Assembly (NCBI GenBank): GCA_029935075.1
Contig: JAOZKZ010000001.1
Span: 1-54,949, forward strand
Source of the DNA: Campylobacterales bacterium
GTDB lineage: Bacteria > Campylobacterota > Campylobacteria > Campylobacterales > QNZT01
Direction of reading: 5' to 3'
DNA: 54,949 nt
The notes beneath the pieces were generated by a model, which was not told where the DNA came from, searched no databases, and saw only the letters and a list, made by a program, of their open reading frames with translations. Positions within the stretch are counted from its first letter, which is position 1, and each line of letters begins with the position of its first letter. Below are positions 24,494-33,450 of this stretch, piece after piece. The translations under genes were made by a program, and so were the position numbers.

Positions 24494-24867
24494 TTAAAAA
24501 AGACCCGTTGAGATTAGTCCTGGCAGAGGATGAGTATGTTACTATAACAGAGATAAGCAATAATATGACATACATGCTCAAGAATGGTGAACTAAAGAGT
24601 ATCAATATTTATGAGTTTGCCGATAAGTGTAAGAACTGGGCACTTTTGAAAGATTATGAGATTACTTCTACTAAAGGAGTAATGTGTACAGCCACGGCAC
24701 GAGCCAAAGAGAATGACCTGGTAATGTACAGCTCAAGAGAAACCACTGAACTCAAGGCTATTTTTGTATTAATAGAGTGCATATATAATGAGTTTTACCC
24801 AGTATCTTTTAAAAAGAATAGAAGGAACCCAGATGAAATACAAGAAATTAGAGACATCAGAGTATAA
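24490..24867 (+). CDS. hypothetical protein, member 3 of the paralog run
   Basis: ATGA overlap. It has YEFADKCKNWAL and TTELKAIFVLIECI. Confidence 0.65.
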   Translation: MIKKDPLRLVLAEDEYVTITEISNNMTYMLKNGELKSINIYEFADKCKNWALLKDYEITSTKGVMCTATARAKENDLVMYSSRETTELKAIFVLIECIYNEFYPVSFKKNRRNPDEIQEIRDIRV

Positions 24868-25198
24868 AAAACTCAAGGGTTATTTTGAGGAAAGGGATCT
24901 TGGTTTATCTAATAAAAAATTAGACAACTGTAAATATAAAATTTATAAGATTTTTGATAAAGACACTACCAGAGCTACCAGAGTTGAGTTAATACCATTG
25001 CTAAAGGATTCTAAAAAAGAACTGAAATTTATCCTTAAAAAACTAAGGGAAGAAGACCCCGATAAAAGGAGAGGCTGGGTGACCTATGGATACGATAATA
25101 TTCAAGGTGACTTGGATTACATAAGCGACCGTTGGAATTGTTCTTTCAGGGTTCAGTGGATGTTGGATTTATTTGATAAAAAAGGAGGAGGATTTTGA
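24833..25198 (+). CDS. hypothetical protein (start revised from 24788)
   Basis: ATG 24833 follows gaaggaacccag. No RBS is visible before 24788. Confidence 0.5.
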   Translation: MKYKKLETSEYKKLKGYFEERDLGLSNKKLDNCKYKIYKIFDKDTTRATRVELIPLLKDSKKELKFILKKLREEDPDKRRGWVTYGYDNIQGDLDYISDRWNCSFRVQWMLDLFDKKGGGF

Positions 25199-25560
25199 AA
25201 AGAGAAAACAGAAAGCTAAACCACCACCTGAAAGAGGTAACGGGTTTAAGGACAGAGCTAAAGGATTACCTCGGGGATGAACTCAGGGTTAATGTTTTCG
25301 TTACTAATACCCTTGGTTACAAAGGAAATAAAAGACTAATCCAAGAGGTATATATTAATGATCTTTACCTGAAGCATATTTGGCTCAAGACCGAAAATGT
25401 AGGAAACCTCCAGCACGGATATCAGACCCTTAAGGTGAAAGTAGTAGACTACAAAGACCAGGTGACTAATGAAGTAAAATATGGCTTGTTGTATATAGGC
25501 ACAAAGGGAAAGCAATACACGGATAATACCCTTAAGAAACCAAAGTGGATGAATGTTTAA
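25195..25560 (+). CDS. hypothetical protein (TTG start)
   Basis: TTGA overlap with the upstream stop, following aaaggaggagga. Confidence 0.55.
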   Translation: MKRENRKLNHHLKEVTGLRTELKDYLGDELRVNVFVTNTLGYKGNKRLIQEVYINDLYLKHIWLKTENVGNLQHGYQTLKVKVVDYKDQVTNEVKYGLLYIGTKGKQYTDNTLKKPKWMNV

Positions 25561-25801
25561 CACCGCTTTACCTGATGATTTGACACAAGCTGAACCAATT
25601 TGGGCAAGGTGTTTTGTATTTTTGATTAAAAGTGGTCAGCCTTTCTTACAAACCATAGTATGGATGAATGACAATTTCAGTGATATATATAGACAAAAAG
25701 AGACAGACATAGAAGTATACGAATATATATTTGACCATTTCAAAATACAGTATAAGAAAGACCCTAATATAAATAAAACCAAAGACAAAGGAAAGACATG
25801 A
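25553..25801 (+). CDS. hypothetical protein
   Basis: 8-nt overlap with the upstream gene. Confidence 0.55.
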   Translation: MFNTALPDDLTQAEPIWARCFVFLIKSGQPFLQTIVWMNDNFSDIYRQKETDIEVYEYIFDHFKIQYKKDPNINKTKDKGKT

Positions 25802-25974
25802 AATACCACTACAAGTGTACGAATATACAGTGCGAAAAAAGAAACGAAGAGATAGAGATAGAAAAGGAAATGAAAGACTCCGGTGAACCAGAGTATTGTG
25901 AAAAATGTAAGAAAAACCTCCAGAGAATATTTGGCTCCCCTGGGATCAAAACTAATGATAACTATAAAGGATAA
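25798..25974 (+). CDS. FmdB-like CxxC...CxxC zinc-ribbon protein (58 aa, absent from the ORF track)
   Basis: Translated by hand as MKYHYKCTNIQCEKRNEEIEIEKEMKDSGEPEYCEKCKKNLQRIFGSPGIKTNDNYKG. ATGA overlap with 25553-25801. The pattern Y.YKC..C...E...C..C...L.R.F..PG matches the FmdB zinc-ribbon family. Confidence 0.6.
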   Translation: MKYHYKCTNIQCEKRNEEIEIEKEMKDSGEPEYCEKCKKNLQRIFGSPGIKTNDNYKG

Positions 25975-25984
25975 TTTAAGATTA

Positions 25985-26018
25985 TTTTAAGGGTATTTTA
26001 AGAATAATATGATATACT
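25985..26018 (+). promoter_or_regulatory. early promoter variant (TGATATACT)
   Basis: ttttaagggtattttaagaataatatgatatact, giving an extended -10 with TATACT at 26013-26018. Confidence 0.5.
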
Positions 26019-26044
26019 ATGTTAAACCAACTTAAAGGATTTTA

Positions 26045-26659
26045 ATGAAAAAAATATTTTTGGCTTTGGTGGTGATTACTGCCTTAGGAGCCAGCCACAA
26101 AGTAGACAAATACGAAGGCATTACCTACAAGTCGATAAAAGATGGAAAGATTGTTTTAAAATGCGGTAAGGTTATTACCCAAAAAGGATCAAAGGCAAAG
26201 ACTTTGAAGAAAAACAAAAGGAAAGCAGTAGCACAGGTAACAGAAATAGACTGTAAAGATATATTGTTCAAGACAAAGAACAAAAAGAACTCAAGAAACA
26301 CAAAAGGTGTAATCAAAACTGCCCGGGGATACCTTGGTGTCAAGTACCGATACGGTGGTGTAACCACAAAGGGCATAGACTGCTCGGCATTTGTCCAAAA
26401 AGTATATAAAAAACACGGTAAGCACTTACCAAGAACAAGTACACAGCAAGCGTCAGCAGGGAAGCATATAGACAAGAAGAACCTCAAGACAGGGGACTTG
26501 GTTTTCTTTGGGGCTTATGGCAGGGATATAGGTCATGTTGGTATCTATCTAGGGAATAACAAGTTTATTCATGCCTCTAGTGCTGCCAAGAAAGTAACCA
26601 TTTCAAACCTTGATAAAAAATATTACAAAAAGCATTATAAAGGTGCTAGAAGACTCTAA
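26045..26659 (+). CDS. secreted NlpC/P60-family cell-wall peptidase
   Basis: N-terminal signal peptide MKKIFLALVVITALGAS. Catalytic signature GIDCSAFV ... GHVGIYLG ... FIHAS. Confidence 0.9.
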   Translation: MKKIFLALVVITALGASHKVDKYEGITYKSIKDGKIVLKCGKVITQKGSKAKTLKKNKRKAVAQVTEIDCKDILFKTKNKKNSRNTKGVIKTARGYLGVKYRYGGVTTKGIDCSAFVQKVYKKHGKHLPRTSTQQASAGKHIDKKNLKTGDLVFFGAYGRDIGHVGIYLGNNKFIHASSAAKKVTISNLDKKYYKKHYKGARRL

Positions 26660-26668
26660 AGGAAAGTA

Positions 26669-28273
26669 TTGATAGAATTAGTAGAAGGAAAAGAACACAT
26701 TGTTATAAAAAGGAACGGGACACCAGAGCCTTATAACGAACACAAAATGAAAAAAGTCCTTATGTGGGCTTGTAATGATAAAGAGATGTATGTCAAAGAA
26801 CTCTTAAATGACATAGAACTTAAAGTGTTCAATAAAATATCCATACAGAAATTATTTAACGAGGTGATTGAAACCTGTGCCAATAAGATTTCGGATATGT
26901 ACCCAGTCTGGGACGAGGTAGCAAAACGGTTGTATATCCAAAAGATTTACAAAGAAACCTGGGGTATAAAGAGAACACAATACCCTTATTATGGTGATGT
27001 CCTAAGTAAAGGCACCCAGTACGGGGTGTATGATTCAGATGTTATTGATACCTTTACCGAAGAAGAAATCAAGATGCTGGATGAAGCCATCAAACCAGAA
27101 AGAGATTTTGATCTGACTTACCTAGGCTTAAGGGTTTTTATTGACAAGCAAAGCAAACACTACACGGTTACAAAACCCTTGGAGCTACCTCAACACGGGT
27201 TCATGAGACTGGCTTTATTTGCCTTTTATAAAGAAATTGATCGTATTCCTTTGATTATACAAAGATATAATGACCTGAGCTTATTGATGTATTCAGAAGC
27301 AACACCTAAATGGATGAACTCTTTGTCGAAGAACCCTCAGATGGCTTCGTGCGTGGTCTCGAAGCTACCCGATAACTCATGGGGGATTAATAAGACCATT
27401 TCTAACCTTGGGTTGTTTTCTAAACACGGTGGGGGCTTGGCATGTGATGTATCAAGCATCAGGGCTACTGGCTCAAAAATAGGTAAAAACGGGGTCTCAA
27501 GCGGACCTATTCCATTTATCAAAATGATAGAATCTACCGTGAATGCCTATAACCAAAACGGCTCAAGACCAGGGGCATGTGCTGTTTACTTCTCTTGGTG
27601 GCATTATGATTCACCAGAGATGTTAGAGCTAAAAGAAGAAGGGGGTACAGAAGACCGCAGAGCAAGGAACCTTAAGTATGGCTTAAAGTGGAATGAACTG
27701 TTCACTCAAAGAATACTTGATAACAAAGATATTACTCTTTTTGACCCCAAGGAAACCCCTGAGTTATTGACCACTCACGGGGAAGAGTTCGACAAATGGT
27801 ACTGCTTCTATGAGAACAAAGATCGTATCAAGAAAAGAAAAATGAAAGCAACCGAACTAGCATTTAGCATCACCAAGCAAAGAATAGAAACAGGCAATAT
27901 CTATATATTTTTTGAAGAGAATACCCAGAATCAGAACATCTTTAAAGAGCAGATTTTTAGCTCAAATTTATGTGTATCTGGCGATACTAAAATTAGTATA
28001 GAAACTAATGATGAAATAAAAATGATTGAAATACAAGATTTAGAATATTATATCAATACAGAAGTAAAGGTATTATCAATGAACACAAAAACATCAAAAA
28101 AATCTTATAAAAAGATAACTGATTTTGCTATGACTTCAAAAAAGGCTAAAGTGATTAAAATTACACAAGAAAATAATACTATAACATGTACACCAGAACA
28201 TAAAATATATACAAAAAGAGGTTATATAGAAGCTCAGTTTTTACAAGAAAATGATGAGATAATTTATGAATAA
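26669..28273 (+). CDS. nrdA: ribonucleotide reductase alpha, N-terminal fragment (434-aa N-extein) fused to a 100-aa split-intein N-half
   Basis: TTG start after aaagga plus 5 nt. ATP-cone-like VIKRNGTPEPYNEHKM. The extein ends at SSNL. Cys435 (27971) starts CVSGDTKI (intein block A), followed by TCTPEH (block B), and a stop comes after 100 intein residues. Confidence 0.9.
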   Translation: MIELVEGKEHIVIKRNGTPEPYNEHKMKKVLMWACNDKEMYVKELLNDIELKVFNKISIQKLFNEVIETCANKISDMYPVWDEVAKRLYIQKIYKETWGIKRTQYPYYGDVLSKGTQYGVYDSDVIDTFTEEEIKMLDEAIKPERDFDLTYLGLRVFIDKQSKHYTVTKPLELPQHGFMRLALFAFYKEIDRIPLIIQRYNDLSLLMYSEATPKWMNSLSKNPQMASCVVSKLPDNSWGINKTISNLGLFSKHGGGLACDVSSIRATGSKIGKNGVSSGPIPFIKMIESTVNAYNQNGSRPGACAVYFSWWHYDSPEMLELKEEGGTEDRRARNLKYGLKWNELFTQRILDNKDITLFDPKETPELLTTHGEEFDKWYCFYENKDRIKKRKMKATELAFSITKQRIETGNIYIFFEENTQNQNIFKEQIFSSNLCVSGDTKISIETNDEIKMIEIQDLEYYINTEVKVLSMNTKTSKKSYKKITDFAMTSKKAKVIKITQENNTITCTPEHKIYTKRGYIEAQFLQENDEIIYE

Positions 28274-29157
28274 TTATATGAAAGAAGTCCAAAATATTTG
28301 TTTAACAGCATGGATAAGACCTAAACAAGATGATATAGATTATGAAAAACATCATTATTGTCCTCGGTCTTTAGGAGGATCAGATGATGAAAATAATATA
28401 GTAGATTTGACATTACAAGAGCATTTTAAAGTCCATTTGTTGCTAGCCCAACATTATATTGAAGTAAAAGATAAAAGCAAGTCTGATAGTATGATAAGTG
28501 CTTGCTGGATGATGTCAAACAGAGGTAAATATAATGAAAAATATATGGCAACTCCTGAAGAGTATGAATTTTTAAGAAAAAAACACAAAGCAATAATGAA
28601 AACAAAAATGTCAAAAACAATGACAGGTAAAATGCCTGTATATGATATTAACGATGACGATAGAAAAATTTTTCATGCTTCTGTAAACGACCCTATGGTA
28701 AAAAGTGGAGAGTGGGTACACCATACAAAAGGATCGAAAACATCAAAAGAAACACTAAAAAAATTAAGTGATGCCTTTTCTGGTGTGAAAAATCCAAGAT
28801 ATTCCGGGATAACCGATAACGAAATAATTGAATATAGTTTAGAATTATTTAATATTTTAGGGTTCATTCCTGCATTAAGTAATGTTAGAAGATGGACAAA
28901 ATTAAAATATAATGTTGATATACCTAAACATTTTACTAAATTTAGATTCCCTGATAAATCGTGGAAAGAGCAAATGGAAGAACAAACAAACATGACATAT
29001 AACCGTTATCAACGAGGTAAAAATAGATTAAAAATTAGAGAAGTATTGAAGGAACAAAATGTTAAAAATTGAAATACAAGAAAAAGAAATCCCTGTTTAT
29101 GATATAACGGTTCAAGACAACGAAAACTTTTTTGCTAATAATTTATTAGTTCATAAC
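27971..29157 (+). mobile_element. split mini-intein (Int-N 27971-28270, Int-C 29059-29157) with a free-standing HNH homing endonuclease gene between the halves
   Basis: Blocks A and B are at the end of the first ORF. Blocks F and G (VYDITVQDNENFFANN, LLVHN then +1 Cys at 29158) are at the start of the third ORF. Joining the exteins restores the RNR motif SSNL-CGEISIP. Confidence 0.85.
28266..29072 (+). CDS. HNH homing endonuclease
   Basis: KHHYCPRSLGGSDDENNIVDLTLQEHFKVH (HNH motif). It overlaps both nrdA fragments by a few nucleotides. Confidence 0.8.
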   Translation: MNNYMKEVQNICLTAWIRPKQDDIDYEKHHYCPRSLGGSDDENNIVDLTLQEHFKVHLLLAQHYIEVKDKSKSDSMISACWMMSNRGKYNEKYMATPEEYEFLRKKHKAIMKTKMSKTMTGKMPVYDINDDDRKIFHASVNDPMVKSGEWVHHTKGSKTSKETLKKLSDAFSGVKNPRYSGITDNEIIEYSLELFNILGFIPALSNVRRWTKLKYNVDIPKHFTKFRFPDKSWKEQMEEQTNMTYNRYQRGKNRLKIREVLKEQNVKN

Positions 29158-30108
29158 TGCGGAGAAATATCCATTCCTGCTATTAGTCCAAAAGAACCAA
29201 GGGCAGTCCTTTCCAAAGATTTTGATAATAACATCAAGCTTAAAGAGTCCTTTGACCCAGGGATGATTGCCCTGTGTAACCTGAGTTCAATAAATGTAAT
29301 CAAATGGATAACACTTTCCGATAAAAAGAAAGAAAAAATGACCTATAATCTTTTAAGGGCTTCTGATAATCTCTTGGATTATGCTTTTTATCCGTCCAAA
29401 GAAGGCGAGGTTTTCAATAAAAACTACAGGGCTATAGGGATAGGGATTACTAACTATGCCCAGTTTTTAGCCCAGGGTAAGCTGAAGACCAAAAGCAAAG
29501 AAGCACTTAAAGAGACCAATGACCTCTTGGAGGATATTTACTACTTCTTGATGAAAGGGAGTATAAAATTAGCCAAAGAAAGGGGCAGATATTCGGAGTA
29601 TTTCAGCTCTGAGTATTCCAAAGGAAATCTTATTTTTGACTTGTATCAGGGGCCTTATAATTTTAGGTTAAATAGAGATTGGAAAGAAATAAGAGAAGAC
29701 CTGAAGCAATCGGGAGCAAGGTTCAGCACATTAATGGCTATAGCCCCCACCGCTACGAGTTCACTTATACTAAATTCGACCGAGGGCATAGAGCCACCAC
29801 GGCAATTAGTCTCAATGAAAACAGGGACTTATACATGTAAGCAATTAGTCCCTAATATAAAGAAACTAAGACAAGATTATGAACTAGCCTGGGATATTGA
29901 CTCTTTTGATATGATTAACCTGAGTTCAGCACGGCAAAGGTTCATAGACCAAGGTCAGTCTTTGTCCTTGTATTATAAAGACAGGAACGAGTCTGCCACA
30001 GAGGTACTAAAAGATATTATATATGCCGAGAAAATGGGACTAAAGAGTCTTTATTATGCATTTACATTACAGCAAGATATAGAAGAGTGTTTGTCTTGTT
30101 CAGTTTAG
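29059..30108 (+). CDS. nrdA: 33-aa split-intein C-half fused to ribonucleotide reductase alpha C-terminal fragment (316-aa C-extein)
   Basis: RBS is aaggaacaaaATG. It starts MLKIEIQEKEIPVYDITVQDNENFFANNLLVHN, then CGEISIP. The C-terminal redox pair is ECLSCSV. Confidence 0.9.
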   Translation: MLKIEIQEKEIPVYDITVQDNENFFANNLLVHNCGEISIPAISPKEPRAVLSKDFDNNIKLKESFDPGMIALCNLSSINVIKWITLSDKKKEKMTYNLLRASDNLLDYAFYPSKEGEVFNKNYRAIGIGITNYAQFLAQGKLKTKSKEALKETNDLLEDIYYFLMKGSIKLAKERGRYSEYFSSEYSKGNLIFDLYQGPYNFRLNRDWKEIREDLKQSGARFSTLMAIAPTATSSLILNSTEGIEPPRQLVSMKTGTYTCKQLVPNIKKLRQDYELAWDIDSFDMINLSSARQRFIDQGQSLSLYYKDRNESATEVLKDIIYAEKMGLKSLYYAFTLQQDIEECLSCSV

Positions 30109-30126
30109 ATAAAGAGAAGGATAAAA

Positions 30127-31215
30127 ATGAAGTGTGAAAAAATTATATGTGTAGACGAGTTACCAAAAGAGACCTTTAAGTTATTTTTTGGTGATACTGG
30201 TGGGATGCTTAGGGTAGACAAAACAGATTACCCTGTCTTGATGAACCAATTTAAACAAGGCTTTAGTAAAGTATGGATGTACACGGCAGTGGATTTCAAG
30301 AGTGATATCACAGGCTGGGACAAACTAGACGAGGTATCCCAGAGGATATTCCTTTTGAATAATTCATATCAGTTACTTATGGATGCCGGGGTAGTCAATA
30401 TCTATAATGTCTTGGCTATGCTAAGCACCAATACCGAACTTAAGCTTAACTATCAATATATAGCCCAAAATGAAAGTATACATGCGGCTAGTTATAGTTA
30501 CGGGCTAAGCCAGATGTTTGGTTCAGAAGCAGAGGATAAAACTAATATAGTATATGAAGACGAGTTCATTAAATCAAGAATGAATGATGAAGTAGACTAT
30601 TCAGGTGAGCTTTACCAAAGACTAATCCTTGATAAAGAAGAAGGACCAGAAGCCAAAAAAATACTCTTTAAGGCGATAGTGGCTACTTATGTCCTTGAGC
30701 ATATTAAGTTTCCTTTTAGTTTCTTTGCCACATGGAGCCTAAATAAGACTAATGATAATGCTATTCAAGGGTTCAGTATGCTTCTGAAGTTAATAGCCCA
30801 GGATGAACTAGACTACCATGTACCAGTGAATAAAACAGTCCTTAAAATCCTTAGAGAACCGAGGCAAAACTTCACCGAAGAATGGTCCAAGGAGTTCGTT
30901 TACTGGTATGTAGAAAAGGTAACAAAAGCAGAAAAAGAGTGGAGTGATTATCTTCTCAAGGATGGTGAAGTCCCTGGGTTTAACAAGAAAATTAACAACA
31001 ATTTCATAGAATACTTTGCGGATAAGACCCTAAAAGACCTTGGTTTAGAGCCTTTGTATAATGCCAAGAAAACAGACACGGTAGATTGGTATAATGAATA
31101 CAGGACTATAAACAACCAAAATGCTTCCTTACAAGAAATATCCAATATAAACTACAACAAAGGGGTAGTAAAAGATGACATCCTGAGTAACCTTGGAATG
31201 CTTAGAGAAATATGA
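30127..31215 (+). CDS. nrdB: ribonucleotide reductase beta subunit
   Basis: Diiron ligand motifs QNESIHAASYSY and VLEHIKFPFSFF. It lies adjacent to nrdA. Confidence 0.9.
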   Translation: MKCEKIICVDELPKETFKLFFGDTGGMLRVDKTDYPVLMNQFKQGFSKVWMYTAVDFKSDITGWDKLDEVSQRIFLLNNSYQLLMDAGVVNIYNVLAMLSTNTELKLNYQYIAQNESIHAASYSYGLSQMFGSEAEDKTNIVYEDEFIKSRMNDEVDYSGELYQRLILDKEEGPEAKKILFKAIVATYVLEHIKFPFSFFATWSLNKTNDNAIQGFSMLLKLIAQDELDYHVPVNKTVLKILREPRQNFTEEWSKEFVYWYVEKVTKAEKEWSDYLLKDGEVPGFNKKINNNFIEYFADKTLKDLGLEPLYNAKKTDTVDWYNEYRTINNQNASLQEISNINYNKGVVKDDILSNLGMLREI

Positions 31216-31511
31216 CCCTTTATACCACAAAGGATGTTAAAATAACTACCCAAGAGAGCCAGGATGTATTGGTAGCACAAGTTACCAGGGCAGAGGTGCC
31301 CGAGCTTTTAATGGTATCTGAAAGAGAAGTCAATGTATCCGATGTTCAAAGGCTTACCGCCAGCCCGGTATACGAGAAAAGATACCATATTGATCTTAAG
31401 AACCTTGTGTTAACCTTTACCAATAAAAGGCTCTCTTTGGGGTATTTTGAAATGTTCTGCACGGAGTTCTGGGGCAAGGGTCCAAAAGACTACCCTTGGT
31501 TGTTTCTTTAG
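31212..31511 (+). CDS. hypothetical protein with tail-like C-terminus DYPWLFL
   Basis: ATGA overlap with nrdB. Confidence 0.55.
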   Translation: MTLYTTKDVKITTQESQDVLVAQVTRAEVPELLMVSEREVNVSDVQRLTASPVYEKRYHIDLKNLVLTFTNKRLSLGYFEMFCTEFWGKGPKDYPWLFL

Positions 31512-31524
31512 GGTCTTAATGTCC

Positions 31525-31548
31525 TTTTAAGGATACTTGTGGTATAAT
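31525..31548 (+). promoter_or_regulatory. early promoter cassette
   Basis: ttttaaggatacttgtggtataat, with TATAAT at 31543-31548. Confidence 0.65.
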
Positions 31549-31574
31549 AAGGAACTTTAAAATAAAGGAAAACA

Positions 31575-32240
31575 GTGCTTGAACACATAAACACCCTACT
31601 AAGCATAGATTATACCCAAGTAGGACTAAAAGAAATAGTAAAGATTAAAAGAACCCTTAATGCCTTTAAAAGACAATACGAGAGGTATGAATACAGCGAT
31701 GACTACATATCCTTTGATGAAACCTTAATGAACTACGAGATTTTTCTGATGGTAGCCCTTGGACCATTGAAAGATCAAACCCGTTATAAAATTTCAAGAT
31801 TGAAATATGTAGTGAACGATTTAGTAGTAAATATCACAGAGGAAAGGATACTTGATTATTTCGAGTACACACAAGAACAGCAAAAAAACCTCAAACTTAG
31901 ATTTGGTTCCTTTGGTTATGAGATACCAGAGTTCATAGATATATTATCTTATGCTAAAAAGGAACTGGAGCTTTACTACCTGGATCAGAAAAGCCACTCT
32001 TTGAGGGTAAAGTATCTTCATTTCAAGAAAAACCCAGAGAATGTATTACTATATAAAGACGATTTGTATAAAATTTGTACAAAAGACCAAGACCTTATAG
32101 ATGTAACAGAAGTGACCTTTGATACCAAGTGGGGGATAAGATATAACGAGTATTGGGTAAACCCCTTGGAATATAAAAATAAAAACCCGGAGGAACACCA
32201 GGATATCCTGATGCATTTTAACCCTGAGCTGTTTCTTTAA
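31575..32240 (+). CDS. hypothetical protein (GTG start), ends NPELFL
   Basis: GTG follows aaagga plus 5 nt. Confidence 0.6.
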   Translation: MLEHINTLLSIDYTQVGLKEIVKIKRTLNAFKRQYERYEYSDDYISFDETLMNYEIFLMVALGPLKDQTRYKISRLKYVVNDLVVNITEERILDYFEYTQEQQKNLKLRFGSFGYEIPEFIDILSYAKKELELYYLDQKSHSLRVKYLHFKKNPENVLLYKDDLYKICTKDQDLIDVTEVTFDTKWGIRYNEYWVNPLEYKNKNPEEHQDILMHFNPELFL

Positions 32241-32244
32241 GGTC

Positions 32245-32269
32245 TTTTGAAGCAAAAGTGTGGTATAAT
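32245..32269 (+). promoter_or_regulatory. early promoter cassette
   Basis: ttttgaagcaaaagtgtggtataat, with TATAAT at 32264-32269. Confidence 0.7.
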
Positions 32270-32294
32270 AGGGTATATTTAAAGAGGAGAGAAG

Positions 32295-32627
32295 ATGAAA
32301 TTTAAAGATATGAGCAAGTTTTTTAACATAGGAGATACTATTAAGGTTGGTTCGATTGAAAACCTAACAGATGATGTTTATGCAATGCCTAAAATGATGG
32401 GTAAATTCCTAGGAATTAGTGAAGATAACATACCTGATGTAATGATTTTAACTATTGATTGGTCGGCATTTGACGATATTAATATCCCTTTGGAAAGCCA
32501 TGATTGGTATATTGATACCAATGGAAATCTTGGGACAATGAAAGAAGCCGACATATACCCTATAGATGGGATCGAGACACTTTTTGTTATGAAAGAAGAT
32601 ATTGTTAATTTTTCAAAGGAGAAATAA
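32295..32627 (+). CDS. hypothetical protein
   Basis: RBS is gaggagagaagATG. It starts MKFKDMSKF. Confidence 0.6.
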   Translation: MKFKDMSKFFNIGDTIKVGSIENLTDDVYAMPKMMGKFLGISEDNIPDVMILTIDWSAFDDINIPLESHDWYIDTNGNLGTMKEADIYPIDGIETLFVMKEDIVNFSKEK

Positions 32628-32818
32628 TGAAGGTAAAGGATTTTATAGAATACTTGAAGACACTTGACCCTGAGACGGTGGTCAAGGTAGTGGATGCCGA
32701 TCCTGACAATTCGATTTACCCCAAGTGGGTATACCTTAGTGTTGATAAATTCTCAGAGGTTTGTTATTATGATGATAACAAAGATAAAAAGTCCCTTGAA
32801 CTAGGGTATACAGTTTAA
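32627..32818 (+). CDS. hypothetical protein
   Basis: TAATG overlap. Confidence 0.55.
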   Translation: MKVKDFIEYLKTLDPETVVKVVDADPDNSIYPKWVYLSVDKFSEVCYYDDNKDKKSLELGYTV

Positions 32819-32834
32819 CAAAAAAAGGAAAAAA

Positions 32835-33077
32835 ATGAAAGATTACACGAAAAACGAGTTAACGGGGTTACAAACATTAGGCATGGTTTTGACTATTATA
32901 GGTATTATTTCGGCATCTCTGGGAATGATCTCGAGTCTTGTTTATTTGGTTTACTTGTGGGCACAAGGGATGACATTCCCTCTTGCTTTATGGGCAGGGG
33001 TTAAACTCTGGTTATGGATGGTGCCTGGAGGGGTAGTTACCTTGTTTTCAGGGTTGTTTTTGATGGAAGATTCTTAG
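32835..33077 (+). CDS. small multi-pass membrane protein
   Basis: Two to three hydrophobic helices (LGMVLTIIGIISASLGMISSLVYLVYLW, LALWAGVKLWLWMV, VVTLFSGLFLM). Confidence 0.6.
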   Translation: MKDYTKNELTGLQTLGMVLTIIGIISASLGMISSLVYLVYLWAQGMTFPLALWAGVKLWLWMVPGGVVTLFSGLFLMEDS

Positions 33078-33080
33078 GTT

Positions 33081-33100
33081 CTTTAGGATAGCAGTATAAT
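33081..33100 (+). promoter_or_regulatory. early promoter, weaker variant
   Basis: ctttaggatagcagtataat, with TATAAT at 33095-33100 and no TGn. Confidence 0.4.
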
Positions 33101-33117
33101 TTAAAAAAGGAAAATAA

Positions 33118-33450
33118 ATGAAAAATTTAAACGAAAAAATAAACGATCTAAAAATCAAAGTAATAAAACAAGGGGCTAAAACTCAAACCCAAGAGATAAA
33201 GGATTTTTTAGATGCTTTATTGGGGTTATCATCTGTCATTAAGATTACTAAATACCTAACAGATTTTAAAAATGAAAACCCTGAACTTTATTGGGATTTG
33301 GTAGAAATATCTAAAGTCTACAACAGATCAGAATCGTGGCTAAATTATCATGAAATTTTGTTTAAAAGATCAGGGGTAGTAGCTATTGTTTTAGGTGAAC
33401 TTGGCATTAATATAGACCAAGCCATTGAGATGGAAAAGGAAAATAAATGA
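33118..33450 (+). CDS. hypothetical protein
   Basis: RBS is aaaggaaaataaATG. Confidence 0.6.
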   Translation: MKNLNEKINDLKIKVIKQGAKTQTQEIKDFLDALLGLSSVIKITKYLTDFKNENPELYWDLVEISKVYNRSESWLNYHEILFKRSGVVAIVLGELGINIDQAIEMEKENK

